From the NCBI GenBank assembly GCA_965287045.1, contig OZ336893.1, positions 20,150,001-20,214,000 of the forward strand: a stretch of DNA of 64,000 nucleotides, written 5' to 3'. The notes beneath the pieces were generated by a model that saw only the letters and a list, made by a program, of their open reading frames with translations, was not told the origin of the DNA and made no database searches. This stretch comes from Carcharhinus amblyrhynchos. Taxonomy: Eukaryota. The translations under genes were made by a program, and so were the position numbers. Positions 1-11,409 of this stretch are shown one piece after another. Position 1 is the first letter of the stretch, and each line of letters opens with the position of its first letter.

Positions 1-127
1 TTTTCTATTCCCCTTTTTCTTGTATGCTCATTTAGTTTTCTTTTTGAAAGCATCTGAGCCTTTTACCTCAACAAGCTTCATTGGAAATTTACTCTTTTTC
101 TTCCCACACAAGAAAACATTCTTACAA

Positions 128-236
128 GCAAGATGCTGGAAATCTGGAAACTAAACAGAAAACGCTGTGAATGTCAGGTTAGGTAAAATCTACCGAAAAA
201 CAACATGTACGTTTCAGGTTGATGACCCTTAAGATC
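128..236. mobile_element. Penelope-like element terminal remnant
   Basis: GATGCTGGAAATCTGGAAACTAAACAGAAAACGCTG...GTTTCAGGTTGATGACCCTT; related to the copy at 50535. Confidence 0.5.
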
Positions 237-289
237 TGACTTTCCTAATCTACCATGTCCAGCTCAGTCAGAATTTTAACGACCTCTAG

Positions 290-560
290 CAAGGCACTTC
301 TAAGTCTCTCCTCTTTCCTAAGAAACAACCTTTTTGATCTTTCCCAATATCTATAATCTCTCAGTTCTGGTAGAGTCTTTGTAAACCTTGCACTTTCTCT
401 GTTTTCGCCATGTCCTCTTTGCAGTATGAAGACCAGAAGAATGTCCTGTACTTTGAGTGCAGCCTGCTCAAGATCCTAAACACATTTGACATAATGCCAC
501 AATGCTGAATTTTGCATCCCCAGAAATAAATCCCAGTGCTTTGTTAAGATCATTGCTGCT
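290..560 (-). mobile_element. Degraded CR1 LINE fragment
   Basis: Antisense similarity to the CR1 ORF2 3' region also seen at 29311-29718. Confidence 0.5.
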
Positions 561-1099
561 TTTAATGATTTATTCACCATATTTTGATCCTATCACAAAA
601 GTTGTAAAAAACAAACTGCAGTGGAAGCATGCTTGCTGAGAGAACTTAGCCATAACAACTTGAGAGTTGCATTGTAATTCCTTTTTACTCCTCTGGTATA
701 GAACAGGGTTGTCTAATATACAGCATGTGTTGGCCTACTGTACCATCTTGACTCCATGCTCCTGTGCCTGTGCAGGAGGGTGAGAGAATATACCATGGTC
801 ACTCACTTTCATGCTACTGCTCCAATCACATTGTTTCTTTCCCACATTGATGAGCCTAGCAGCAGCCAACAAGGGAGAAAATAGTCTGTGATTAGAGGAG
901 CAGCTCTTAACAGATTAGTCACTTCCACTTGTATGTATTTTGAACAGTGAGTCCACAAGTCACAAGGAACAGCAGGCATAGCAATGTAGCCCACCTGCCC
1001 CAGGGCAAATGGAGTCTGGGACAGGGTAGAGTCTTGGCACCACCACAGCCATCTCAAAATCCTCTTTGACCTTAAAATGTCCAAGCCCACACCTGCAGG

Positions 1100-1250
1100 C
1101 CTGAGTGGGAACCTGTGCATGAGTGGGTCTGGGTGAAAGCACTCATGTGAATGCATCTAAGTGGGAGACCACATGTGAAGGGGATCTGGGTGAGAGTCCA
1201 CATGTGAAGGGGTCTGGGTGAGACCCCATGTGCACTTGTGGCTCTGAGAA
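1100..1250. repeat. Degenerate ~28-bp minisatellite (CCACATGTGAAGGGGTCTGGGTGAGA)
   Basis: 4-5 imperfect copies. Confidence 0.65.
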
Positions 1251-1256
1251 CCCTGT

Positions 1257-1257
<1 letters not shown>

Positions 1258-1291
<34 letters not shown>
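1258..1291. repeat. (AC)17 microsatellite
   Basis: Perfect dinucleotide run. Confidence 0.98.
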
Positions 1292-1294
<3 letters not shown>

Positions 1295-1574
1295 CCTTCC
1301 ACCCTTCCACCCCGCCCCCCCGCCCTATCTCGAAGGCAGGCTAGGAGAAGAGGAAAACCCAGGCCAAGAGGGATCCCACTCAACCCTGCTTTTGTATGAA
1401 TTGTACGAAGGCCATTTTAGAATGCACCACCAAAGATAAATGCAAGGTCAGTGTTTGTTAAAGCCAACTCCTTAGCTCAGCCCTGTCCTCACCCCTTCCC
1501 TGGTGGCCGTGCCTTGGGGCTCAATTTGTCAGTAGCTTGGCTTCTTAAATGAAAAGTCAGAAAAGATTTCAAAC

Positions 1575-1695
1575 AAAGAGAACAAAGAAAAGCACTGAAC
1601 AGGCCCTTCAGCCCTCCAAGCCATGCTGATCATGATGCCCTAACAAATAAGAAGAACTTCTGCCCCTACTCCGTCTGTATCCCTCTATTCCCTTT
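1575..1695 (-). mobile_element. CR1/HER1-type 3' tail fragment
   Basis: AACAAAGA-type tail followed by GCACTGAACAGGCCCTTCAGCCC. Confidence 0.5.
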
Positions 1696-2859
1696 CATTT
1701 TTTAGCTCTGCTGCTTGGTGTCTTTTAGCGGTCATTTTTGTTAATTACCTCATTAAAAAAATCAATTTATTGCTTTGACATTGATGTTTAAAAATTTTGT
1801 TTAATATTGTGCCAAACCTTATGTCTGAAATGTACTCGTTGAACCTTGGGCTGTGAATTTTGACCCCTGATACGAAAAGGTTGGACGATGTTAACATAGA
1901 TGAATCTGAAAGTGCCTGTAAGAGACTATGCGGAAAACATTTTCACCTAAAGACTGACTTCAGTGGTGCTGTCCTACTTGTAAATGATTGATTGTCGTGT
2001 AAATTCACTGAAGAAACGTTAATGTGTATAGTGAATTGAAAGCATTGTGTTAATCTACTGTTACATGTTTTAGCTCCTTTAACTTTGAGCATTGAATATT
2101 TGCATTCCTTCTCTTCCAAAGTTCTGCTTTGAAAAAAATGCTTAATACCAAATCAGTTTTTGAAGAATAAAATATATTAATTATAATAATGCTATTTCGG
2201 GAACTCCGCTGAGTACAAGCTATTATAGTAAACTGAGTTTCCACTGTACTTTCACAAGCTTTTTGACCGTGTTGCAAAATACGCTAGGGAATGTTTTCTT
2301 AAACTAGTTGCTGATGGCCGTTTACTCTATCCATTACTGTGGTTGTATCATTGTGACTGGATAAAAGCAGCAAAACAAGGAAACTAAGGGGGCAGGGATT
2401 GGAGAGACTACCAATACATGACAAAACAGAAAAGGAATTTTGAGTCTGTAGTATTTCCGTATCAAGATTGTGCTGAAAAAGGCGGCCTCCCTCTCCCCCC
2501 CACCCCCCCCCCCCCCAAGGTCTTGCATTCCATTGGCTGATCTGATGTTGAGTCGAAATGTTTTGCATTGCACACGGGGTTTATTTTAGTTTTTAATTAT
2601 AGAGACTGTCTTGTTAAATTCAAGAGTCATCTTGTCAAATCAAATGTTATTAATGCTAAAGAATCCTACATAAATAAACTACTATGCTTTAAGTGAGATT
2701 ATACAGCTGTAAAGTGCAGAATTTTATAAATTATAAAGCTCTTATCTACGAAGTTGGAAAATTGGTGACGTTGTCTGGTCTAAAATATTAACTTTGATTT
2801 TAGTCCTGGTTCTGAAGTAAAAACAACTCTCTTAACTGCTAAATTAAATTAATTTTTAA

Positions 2860-3720
2860 TTCTTACACATTTCCGAGAACCGTTGCATACACTTTGGCCG
2901 AATACCCGACTGCTTTGTAACAATTGTGATCCTGGATTAACGTTATTTTGACGTAACAAACTGGCTGCATAGAGGTGACAGAATTTGCTGTTTCTGATAA
3001 ATACCTTTTTGTTGAGAAAACTGTAGAAAAGTCCAACAAAGTCAGATTATTAATTGGGAGGTTTGAAAGCCTAGTTTTCTGCTGCACCACGTTTTACATT
3101 GCATCCGTGCCTGGTATGCAAACTGCATAAGCAGCAGACAAACAGCCACTAAAGAGTCAACTTCTTCAGAAGTTGCAGCTTGACCACATGGGCTGAAACG
3201 TAGGAGGGGAAGGGGAAAGTGCACAAGGTCGAAACTTCGGCAGTACTCACAATGTTGGTGGACTGGCGGTGAAAATAGGATCACAGCAGATGCTACTCAG
3301 AGTACGTGTGTGAGAGAGAAAATGAGCGAGCAAAAAAAGGGCGTTTCTTTGTCTGTACAGCAGGGAGACACTGAAATCAGTTGATAGAAAATAATGCACT
3401 GGATACTGTTGTGTGCTCGACTCTTTAAGATCAGGTGGCAGTTTAACAATCAGAATTTTTAAAAGTAAGTGTTTAAAATTATCTTTCAACCTCCTATCTA
3501 AGTTCTGGGAACTTGACAAGCCTGCTACGGGATTCTTTTTAGCTGTGAAAACGTAACTGCATCTAATTAACTACAGAAGCTGACGTAGGCTATGGGATTA
3601 ATCACAGCCGCTTCACAATGCCCATGAGCAAACCAGCCCTGCTAACTTTCTTTAAACAGCACATGCTAAGGAAGAGCTGGCTTGGGAGAAACTGATTTTT
3701 GGAAGGCTGGACAGAACGCG
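2860..3720 (+). promoter_or_regulatory. Putative internal promoter/5' region for the KIAA0754-type first exon
   Basis: TE-free; CpG visibly retained relative to the introns; CRE/ATF-like TGACGTAA at 2949-2956 and TGACGTAG at 3581-3588. Confidence 0.35.
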
Positions 3721-4695
3721 GAAGCTCACAAAACCTTTTTTGTTGAAGAGTGAAAGTTTGTCTTGCAGTATGTGACAGCTGGATACAACGCTTTCAAGAA
3801 CTGGGAAGAAAATTAACTTTGGATGTATCTCATAGTCTGTTTGTTTCAGTTCATAAACCAAGAGGAAAAAGACAACTTTTTGCCAACTGATATGGGGGAA
3901 AACACCTGGACTAAAATAGGAATAGATAAATAGCCAAGCCTTGCTGAATTAGGAGCTGACAACTCTTGGCACCAGAGTGTTTCATACTGGAGTTATTTTT
4001 GCTCTCAGTGCTCTTCACTGGATAAACAGTGTAAACTAGACACTAACTAGAATTCAGTATCAAATGACAGAATGGTTTAATAACAGCAAACTGCAAATAA
4101 TTGTTATTTAGGTAATGACCTGATATCATTCCTTTAAAAATCATCTGGAAACCTTTGGTCATGTTGTTGTACTGAAGTTGTACAGTTTTAAAAAATGCCA
4201 TGATGTTGCTAAGAAAGGAAGCAGCTGAAGCTCCACTGATTGAAGAACTTCCTGTCTTTGAATCTGCCGGAATATCCGCTAAGAATCACTTTTCAAAAGA
4301 AAACATGCTAGTTTTCAAGGACTGCCCCTTCTGCAGCAGCCGGGTACTTGGGCATTGTAGATTGTGGTTAAAATGAAAGGAATTTACAGAGTTGGACTAC
4401 AACATACAAAAGGCTTTATTCTTATCAACCATGATGCATATGAACAGAAGACCAGACAGGATCTGAATTGAATGCACAAATGTAGTTTTCTGTAGAGATG
4501 CTTTTACTGATCGGATGTGCCTCATTTATATGTGACAAGTGAGTAATATGCTGTTGGAGCATCTGCATATTAGAGACTGCTGATTAAATTACAATTCACA
4601 AATACATTTCTCTGTTGGAATTGAAGTGCAAGTCACTCAGTGCTGAAAATTTGACCTTTTTTTTTCTTGTGGATTATTTAAATCACTTTTGAATT

Positions 4696-7600
4696 ATGGG
4701 GAAACCGCTTAGCAGGCCAGACTGTTTGCGACGCAATAATCCCACCTGTTTAGGAAAAAATGAAGAGGATGATATGTACATTGAAGATTGTTACATTCCA
4801 CAAAGATCCATATATGACACTATGAGAATTAATGAACAGATAGACTTAGGATCAAAGACTAACCAGCCATCAAGAAGTTTTGCTGATCATACACACTCAG
4901 TAAACCAGAGGGCTGTCGAGTCTAGCACTTTATCAAGTAATGGAACTCCTACCACGTCCAGTGTATTTGAAACCAGAACTAGTTCTGAAAGTAAAAAATT
5001 AGATGAAAGAGTTATATTTGATGCATTAAAACTGAGCAGTGATGTGATTCGGTCCTCTGGCCCACCAAAAAGGAGACCTCATGTGGAGAGGAAGGAGAAT
5101 ATTAACAGGAGGTCATGGAAAGCTTTCCTGCCACCAAACTTTCCAGAGTTCACAGAAAGAACTGAAATGCCAGCAAATGAGCCTGCAGGCAGTGCAGATT
5201 TAAATAAAGAGAAAAGACATTCAAGCCACTTCCCTGTTGAAATTCCTAATCTGTTTCCTGAAAAAGAATTGACCACGCATACGTCCGAAAATGAAAAAGA
5301 TTCCGCACTTCAGCAAGGAGTAGAAAATAACTTGAAAGATGCTGCACTATTATCTCAAAGTTCAGGAAGTGGATGTGCTCCATTACTGGAATACAAGGAT
5401 GCATCAATGATGATGAGACATTTACCAGAAAATCAGGCATGTGTATCTGCAACATGGCCAAGAGCCTTCCGAGCTAAAGGAACATTAGAAGATGCTTCAT
5501 TTATGCATAGAAGAGCTTATGAAATAGCTCAAGAAAGGAAAACTGCCTATGCAACATCAATAGAGTGTAGAGGTATTTTGGATTTGCGTGCAACCAAACT
5601 AGATACTGACATATATAACGTGCAGGAGGTTATGGCTGAATTTGAAGAACAGGATTATGGCATGGAATTAAAAGGCTGTGTTCATTCTGAAGTTGAGGAG
5701 CAATGTAAAGATGAAAAAATGTTGTTTGATTCAGAATTTCTGAATGAAGAATCAGTGTTTCATCAGCTAGATGCTATAATCCGGGAAAGTACACAGGGAG
5801 ATTCGGACTCGCTGTTGCAATTTGAAAAAGAGGAGCCGAGATTAATTGAAAATGCTGAAGGATTAGTTCTACAACAGCTAGATGCTGCAATCATTGAAGT
5901 CACAGAGGGAGATATGGACTCACTGTTGCAATTTGAACAAGAGGAGCAGCGATTAACTGAAAACAGTGAAGAATCAGTTCTTCAACAGCTGGATGCTGCA
6001 ATCATGGAAGTCAGAGAGGAAGATATGGACTCACTGTTGCAATTTGAACAAGAGCAGCGATTAACTGAAAACAGTGAAGAATCAGTTCTTCAACAGCTGG
6101 ATGCTGCAATCATGGAAGTCAGAGAGGAAGATTTGGGCTCACTATTGCATTTTGAACAAGAGGAGCAGAAATTAACTAAAAATGAGGAATCAGTTCTTCA
6201 ACAGCTGGATGCTGCAATCATGAAAGTCAGAGAGGAAGATATGGACTCACTGTTGCAATTTGAACAAGAGGAGCAGAAATTAATTGAAAATGAGGAATCA
6301 GTTCTTCAACAGCTGGATGCTGCAATCATGAAAGTCAGAGAGGAAGATATGGACTCACTGTTGCAATTTGAACAAGAGGAGCAGAAATTAATTGAAAATG
6401 AGGAATCAGTTCTTCAACAGCTGGATGCTGCAATCATAGAAGTCACAGAGGAAGATGCAGACACTCTCTCAAGATTTGGAGAAGAGCAAATGCTGATTAA
6501 TGACAAAGAATTTGGTCAAAAATCAGCATTTCAACAACTAGATGCTGTAATGGAAACCAGAGAGGGTGATATGGACTCTCTGCTACAATTTGAAGAAGAG
6601 AGAAAACTATTTGAAGACCGAGATGTTTTTAATGAACAGTCAGCACTTCAGTTAGATGCTGAAATTTTTACAAGTACAGAGGCAGATACAGAATTCCTGT
6701 TACAATTTGAAGAAGTAGAGCAAAGCTTGTTTGAAGGCCGAGAAGCTTTTAATAAGCAGCCAACCCTTCAGTTGGATTCAGAAATCTTGGAAAACATGGA
6801 GGGTGATACAGACTCCCTACAACAATTTGAAGAAGAAGAACAACGATGTTTGATTGAAGACAGCGAAGTCCTTGATGAAGAATCAGTACTCCAACAGTTA
6901 GAAATTGTAATCTTGGAAAGCACAGAAGGTGATGCAAATTCTTTGAGATTTGAAGCAAAAGAGAACCAATTGTTGGTTGACAAAATAATGAAATATGATG
7001 TGTCAGTAGAAGCAGAAGAAAACTTTATGGCTATCCCAAAATCAAATTCTGCAGTTGGAGAATGTTCTGAAGGATTAGGTTGTAAATCACAAAGCAATAA
7101 AAAAGCGATTGAGGGAATAACTGCAACTGAGCAAAAATCAACTTGCACAGATTGGAAAAATAATATTCATCAGAAAGAGGAGTCTGAGTGCACCCTCAAA
7201 TCCAAAGTACAGCAGTCAGATGCATATTTTAGCACAGCTGGATCAGAGGAGGGTGACATCTATCAGAAAGATATTACAGCGATGTCTGGGGAGGACTATA
7301 ATATAACATTCTGTCATGATCTTTTGAATCGACCAAAATTTCCTTCCAAAGAGGTGCAAGTGAATTCAGAGGAAAACTCTAATTGTGATAAAGAAGTTGT
7401 GTTTGAAGTAAGAACTACAGGTACTGAACCTGAAACTTTAATCAAGGAATGTGGAATCCGTAATGCTGGCATAAAAAAAGATGGACAAAAGTCTGTTCGG
7501 TTAGAAGAACATGAAACAACTGTTCAATGCCCTAAAGATCCATCCATACCATTAAGAATGCATTTTGATTGCTGTCCTCAGGAACTAATAAATTTGTCCA

Positions 7601-8730
7601 GTGTGCAGAACACCAAGGAATTGTGGGAAAACTCTATGCAATTAAATAAACATGATATAATTGAATATCCTTCAACAGACTCCACTGTAACATCACATCT
7701 TGATCCCTCATACTGTGCTTTGGACATGGCGATGTTGCCCAATGACGGGCAGACCAAGGATACGGAGGCCACTTACGTACAAATAGAAGAATGTGAAATG
7801 GCTGTTGAGACCCGAACTACAAATTCTCTTTCGGAATCGAGTGACTATCAGTCAAATTATAGTCAGGAAGTATCAGTAATTTCTTGTGTGCCTGATGTAG
7901 GCTGTGATGTGGAGAAATTCCCTGGTGGCTGTGAAGAGGAGGAGCAGGGCCTTAATTTAGAGAAAGAAGGGAAGAAATGTATTGGATTTGAAGTACAGGA
8001 AATTGACATTCAAATAGAGTCATCAGACTTGAAAATGAAACCTGAAGCGATTGAGATTCCGCTTCACACTGAGGGTTGCACTGATGTTCAGTTTAATGAG
8101 CAGAAAGATTTGATAGATATGGATGAAGTAAAATGGTCAGAAAGTTTAGATGCTGTTGCTTCAGACACAGTGTGCATACATGGCTCAGAACAGCAATTTG
8201 AAAGTGATCCCCACAAAATAGATTTTGAGTCTGATATGTTTGTTCAAAACAGTAAAGGTTCCGGTGGAGTATTGTTGTTTGACATGGATATTGAGCAGCC
8301 ACTTGAGGCAATTAAGTTTCTTTTCCAATCTGATGAAGAAATGGACGTAAGTGAAGCAACTGTGACAACACAAGCAACTGCAGCTGAAAGTAGGAAAACA
8401 AACCTGAAAGCAGATGTGTGGGAAAATGTTTCTGGTTCATGCCTTGAGGATGACTTTATTGAAGAAGGAACGCTAGAATATTTATTTGAGGTAGAATCAC
8501 CGGAAGATTCCAATGACACTAACCCAAGGGTGTTGACCTTGGAGCCAGGTTCACTCAATATAATTTTAGACACTGAAGCAGAGGAATCCACTGTGGAGCC
8601 AAATGAAGTTGATTTTTCTGTTTTAACTGAAGAACTGGATGCAGATATTGAGGTATTTATGTTTAAAATCACTAATTTTCCTGACCAAATTAATGAAGAG
8701 TGTGACATGAAAGCATATGAAACAATTTAA
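4696..8730 (+). CDS. KIAA0754: KIAA0754-like giant exon/ORF nested in a MACF1 intron (1344 aa unspliced; 1319 aa if spliced at 8652 as an alternative first exon of MACF1)
   Basis: Uninterrupted 4035-nt ORF with strong Kozak context (A at -3, G at +4) and an in-frame TGA at 4690-4692. N-terminus MGKPLSRPDCLR...YIEDCYIPQRSIYDTMRINEQID...KLDERVIFDALKL resembles vertebrate KIAA0754 (recalled). The remainder is acidic and low-complexity. Confidence 0.85.
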   Translation: MGKPLSRPDCLRRNNPTCLGKNEEDDMYIEDCYIPQRSIYDTMRINEQIDLGSKTNQPSRSFADHTHSVNQRAVESSTLSSNGTPTTSSVFETRTSSESKKLDERVIFDALKLSSDVIRSSGPPKRRPHVERKENINRRSWKAFLPPNFPEFTERTEMPANEPAGSADLNKEKRHSSHFPVEIPNLFPEKELTTHTSENEKDSALQQGVENNLKDAALLSQSSGSGCAPLLEYKDASMMMRHLPENQACVSATWPRAFRAKGTLEDASFMHRRAYEIAQERKTAYATSIECRGILDLRATKLDTDIYNVQEVMAEFEEQDYGMELKGCVHSEVEEQCKDEKMLFDSEFLNEESVFHQLDAIIRESTQGDSDSLLQFEKEEPRLIENAEGLVLQQLDAAIIEVTEGDMDSLLQFEQEEQRLTENSEESVLQQLDAAIMEVREEDMDSLLQFEQEQRLTENSEESVLQQLDAAIMEVREEDLGSLLHFEQEEQKLTKNEESVLQQLDAAIMKVREEDMDSLLQFEQEEQKLIENEESVLQQLDAAIMKVREEDMDSLLQFEQEEQKLIENEESVLQQLDAAIIEVTEEDADTLSRFGEEQMLINDKEFGQKSAFQQLDAVMETREGDMDSLLQFEEERKLFEDRDVFNEQSALQLDAEIFTSTEADTEFLLQFEEVEQSLFEGREAFNKQPTLQLDSEILENMEGDTDSLQQFEEEEQRCLIEDSEVLDEESVLQQLEIVILESTEGDANSLRFEAKENQLLVDKIMKYDVSVEAEENFMAIPKSNSAVGECSEGLGCKSQSNKKAIEGITATEQKSTCTDWKNNIHQKEESECTLKSKVQQSDAYFSTAGSEEGDIYQKDITAMSGEDYNITFCHDLLNRPKFPSKEVQVNSEENSNCDKEVVFEVRTTGTEPETLIKECGIRNAGIKKDGQKSVRLEEHETTVQCPKDPSIPLRMHFDCCPQELINLSSVQNTKELWENSMQLNKHDIIEYPSTDSTVTSHLDPSYCALDMAMLPNDGQTKDTEATYVQIEECEMAVETRTTNSLSESSDYQSNYSQEVSVISCVPDVGCDVEKFPGGCEEEEQGLNLEKEGKKCIGFEVQEIDIQIESSDLKMKPEAIEIPLHTEGCTDVQFNEQKDLIDMDEVKWSESLDAVASDTVCIHGSEQQFESDPHKIDFESDMFVQNSKGSGGVLLFDMDIEQPLEAIKFLFQSDEEMDVSEATVTTQATAAESRKTNLKADVWENVSGSCLEDDFIEEGTLEYLFEVESPEDSNDTNPRVLTLEPGSLNIILDTEAEESTVEPNEVDFSVLTEELDADIEVFMFKITNFPDQINEECDMKAYETI
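5746..6975 (+). repeat. Coding tandem repeat, ~11 units of 108-123 bp (EESVLQQLDAAIMEVREEDMDSLLQFEQEEQKLIEN)
   Basis: Units 6184-6291 and 6292-6399 are identical 108-mers; flanking units diverge progressively. Confidence 0.95.
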
Positions 8731-8736
8731 TTGTAC

Positions 8737-8834
8737 AATAAATTTAAAATGATCTTTTTTGATGCATATACAAATGCATCCAGCAGTCTCTAACAGAGAT
8801 TCAACTAAACCGTGATAAGTCATCAGTGAATAAA
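8737..8834 (+). terminator. Two AATAAA polyadenylation signals right after the KIAA0754-like stop codon
   Basis: AATAAA at 8737-8742 and 8829-8834; stop codon ends at 8730. Confidence 0.45.
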
Positions 8835-10134
8835 ACTTGAGTCATATCCTGACCTCCCCCCACCAAAGTCAGTTAAATGCAGTGTTTGCGAAATGCTGTT
8901 ATTATAATGTGATTGAAACAAAAGCTTTCTTCAAGTCGTCAGGCTCCAACAGCTGTAATGTTCTCACTGTGGCCTGGTGCTCATTTAACTTGCCCAGATC
9001 AAAAATTTGACTATCGACGCAAAACATTGTATACAAAATTTTAGACATATAACAATTAAAATATGCATAAAAATTCAGTATTGACTAACACTGATTTATT
9101 TCTCATTGCTGGAGAGCTAAAATGAACATGTTTGTTGAATTCGCAACTGGATAACCTACAAGTTCAAGTATCAGATTCCCAGGCAAATTGCTTCAGTTAG
9201 AACCTGTAAATCAGCTGACTTTCAAACTTTGCCACCTTTATTGAATAAGTCTGGTTGATTCTAAGGATGTTAAATAGATATGAGTATAACTGGCTGTTAG
9301 AGTAGCATTGTTGGCAACAGTTCAAAAATCTGGCCAAAACCATTTCACTATCATGATAGAGCAGAAGTTTTAAAATTCCAACAAAAAAAATATAAAAATG
9401 GTGACTGTAAAAATGATATCTTGGTTAATACTCAAATTCATATTTTGGCTAAATTGTAAAAAGAGGAACTTTGGTAATATCAGATTTACTATAAGCAATG
9501 CGTGCGCACCAAAAGCGTCAACCGAGGAAACATCAAAGTGTGCATGTATTACACATGGTCATAAATATGCAGAACCATAGATATTGTTGTGGTCTGTTAC
9601 TTGACATAAAATGTTGCTTACATGCAAATTTAAAACCAGCCTCACCGAGTATCATTGATGAAATAATGCTTGGACGCAAAATGCTTGCACGCGAGTTACC
9701 TTCCTGAGAACAGCATATACTGGATAACTTCACCATAGCTATGTAACACCTGAATGAGCAAGTTTGTTCATTTGGGGATATGATACCTTTTTCTATGTTA
9801 GGATTACCTTCCTTATCACACAATGCATATTCCCTGAGAGTGTAGGAAATGGGTCATTCTCCATTGTGTATCAATATTGTCATTTACGTGGACTATAAAA
9901 TGTTTGGCAGGGTTGAGTAGAAAAAGCAGTGTGGCAGACGATTCTTCTTAACGCCATTAATGGCCCAGCTGAATATCTGGAACCCCTATCTAGGAAACTG
10001 ACTTTTATGTTTTTTCTTGAGTCTGCATCATTGTTCCTTCATTGGATGTTAAGATTTTTCTATTTTTTGTTCACGTATGTATTTAAATATGTTCAGGATT
10101 TTTGTGTTGTACATGAATAGGACACTCTCAATTT

Positions 10135-10410
10135 GGGGCAACACAATGGTTAGCAATGCTGCCTCACAGCGCCAGGGACCCAGGTTAGATTCTGGCCTTG
10201 ATTGTGTGGAGTTTGGACATTCTCCCTGTATCTGTGTGAGATTCCTCCTAGTGTTCCAGTTTCTTCCCACAGTACAAAGATGTGCTGGCCTTGGTAAATG
10301 TACAGATTTACAGCAGATATGCTTGGCCTAGGAGGAATGCTGTTTCAGAGAATCGGCGCAGACTCAATGAGCCGAATGGTTTCCTTCTGCACTGGAGGGA
10401 TTTTTTGGTT
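10135..10410 (+). mobile_element. HE1-like V-SINE (tRNA head, V domain, CR1-derived tail)
   Basis: TGGTTAGCAATGCTGCCTCACAGCGCCAGGGACCC...TGTGTGGAGTTTG...GCCGAATGG. Confidence 0.85.
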
Positions 10411-11409
10411 CTTGTTTCTTTTATTCACTTAAATCATGGGCAGTGCTGGCTGGCCAGCATTTATTGCCACCCTTAGTTGCCTGAGGGTAGTTGAGTGCAG
10501 TGAAAAGTAAGGGGTGATTATTCTAATCTTTCTAGAAATTGCATTGTTAGGGCCAATTGCTAGAAAGGTTGTATAATTATATAGTTGCATTGAACTTCGT
10601 TACTCAAATATTCAAACTATGTGACAATTCATAACAAGTTTGGAAAGTTTTGATATTTTTACATTTTTGTGCAGTAATTATTCCACAACTTTTCAGTTAT
10701 GTATTGTTCTGCTATGTGTTTATACAAATGGGATTATGCTTAGCAACAGATACAGATGGAAGTTAGTGATATCATTGTTTGATTTTATGAAAATGGTTAC
10801 CCAGCTGAGCATAGAAACCACTGAAAATTATATCTCATGTTTACTAACCTTATTGCTTTAAAAACATAGCTACAGTACTAGTTTTTTTTTGTCTGCAACC
10901 CATTGAGTTCCAAATTAGTCAGGAAACCCTTACCTTGATCAGCTCCCAAAACCTCTTGCTGACTGCTAGTGGAATCTATAGTTTTTAAATCTAAGAATAC
11001 AGCCGCATGTTCCTTGTAATAGACAAAGCATAGCAGAAGCCAGATCCTCCTTCACTGACCTTGGTTAAAAGGATGTCATTTGAAACTGCAGCCAACTCAA
11101 TTTGTTTTGAATAATCTGAGCTAATTTAATACAGTCACATGACCCACATCTCTGAATTATCTTCTGTAATAGTTTAGCCTGATGCTATTGAAACCGGAAT
11201 CTGGTTATCTGATTTAATTGCTTGAACTTCAATATATGCATGCAGGCAGACGATCATTTGAGCAGAGTTTGAGGGCCAAAGAAATCTTGTTTTCCTATAT
11301 AAAAAAATTACTACTTTTATTAATTTGCCAGATTCAGGCATTCATACTAAAATTGACATCTATTCCTCGTTTCCATGAAAAGTTGGTAATAGGCCACCTT
11401 GAGCTATGA

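Noticed and set aside
809-1383. Minus-strand ORFs of 60-115 aa
   Set aside because: Run through mini- and microsatellite sequence (CVCVCV) with no coding signature
5565-5580. AG|GTATTT donor early in the large ORF
   Set aside because: Phase 1, incompatible with the phase-0 exon at 14307
5746-6975. Repeat array as a CRISPR-like locus
   Set aside because: No unique spacers; units are whole in-frame coding duplications in a vertebrate gene
7213-7250. FFAT-like motif DAYFSTAG in the large ORF
   Set aside because: Lacks the upstream acidic tract and matches the core poorly
6749-8823. Antisense ORFs over the large ORF (e.g. 6768-7148, 8244-8708)
   Set aside because: Shadow frames of a compositionally biased coding strand with no recognisable domains
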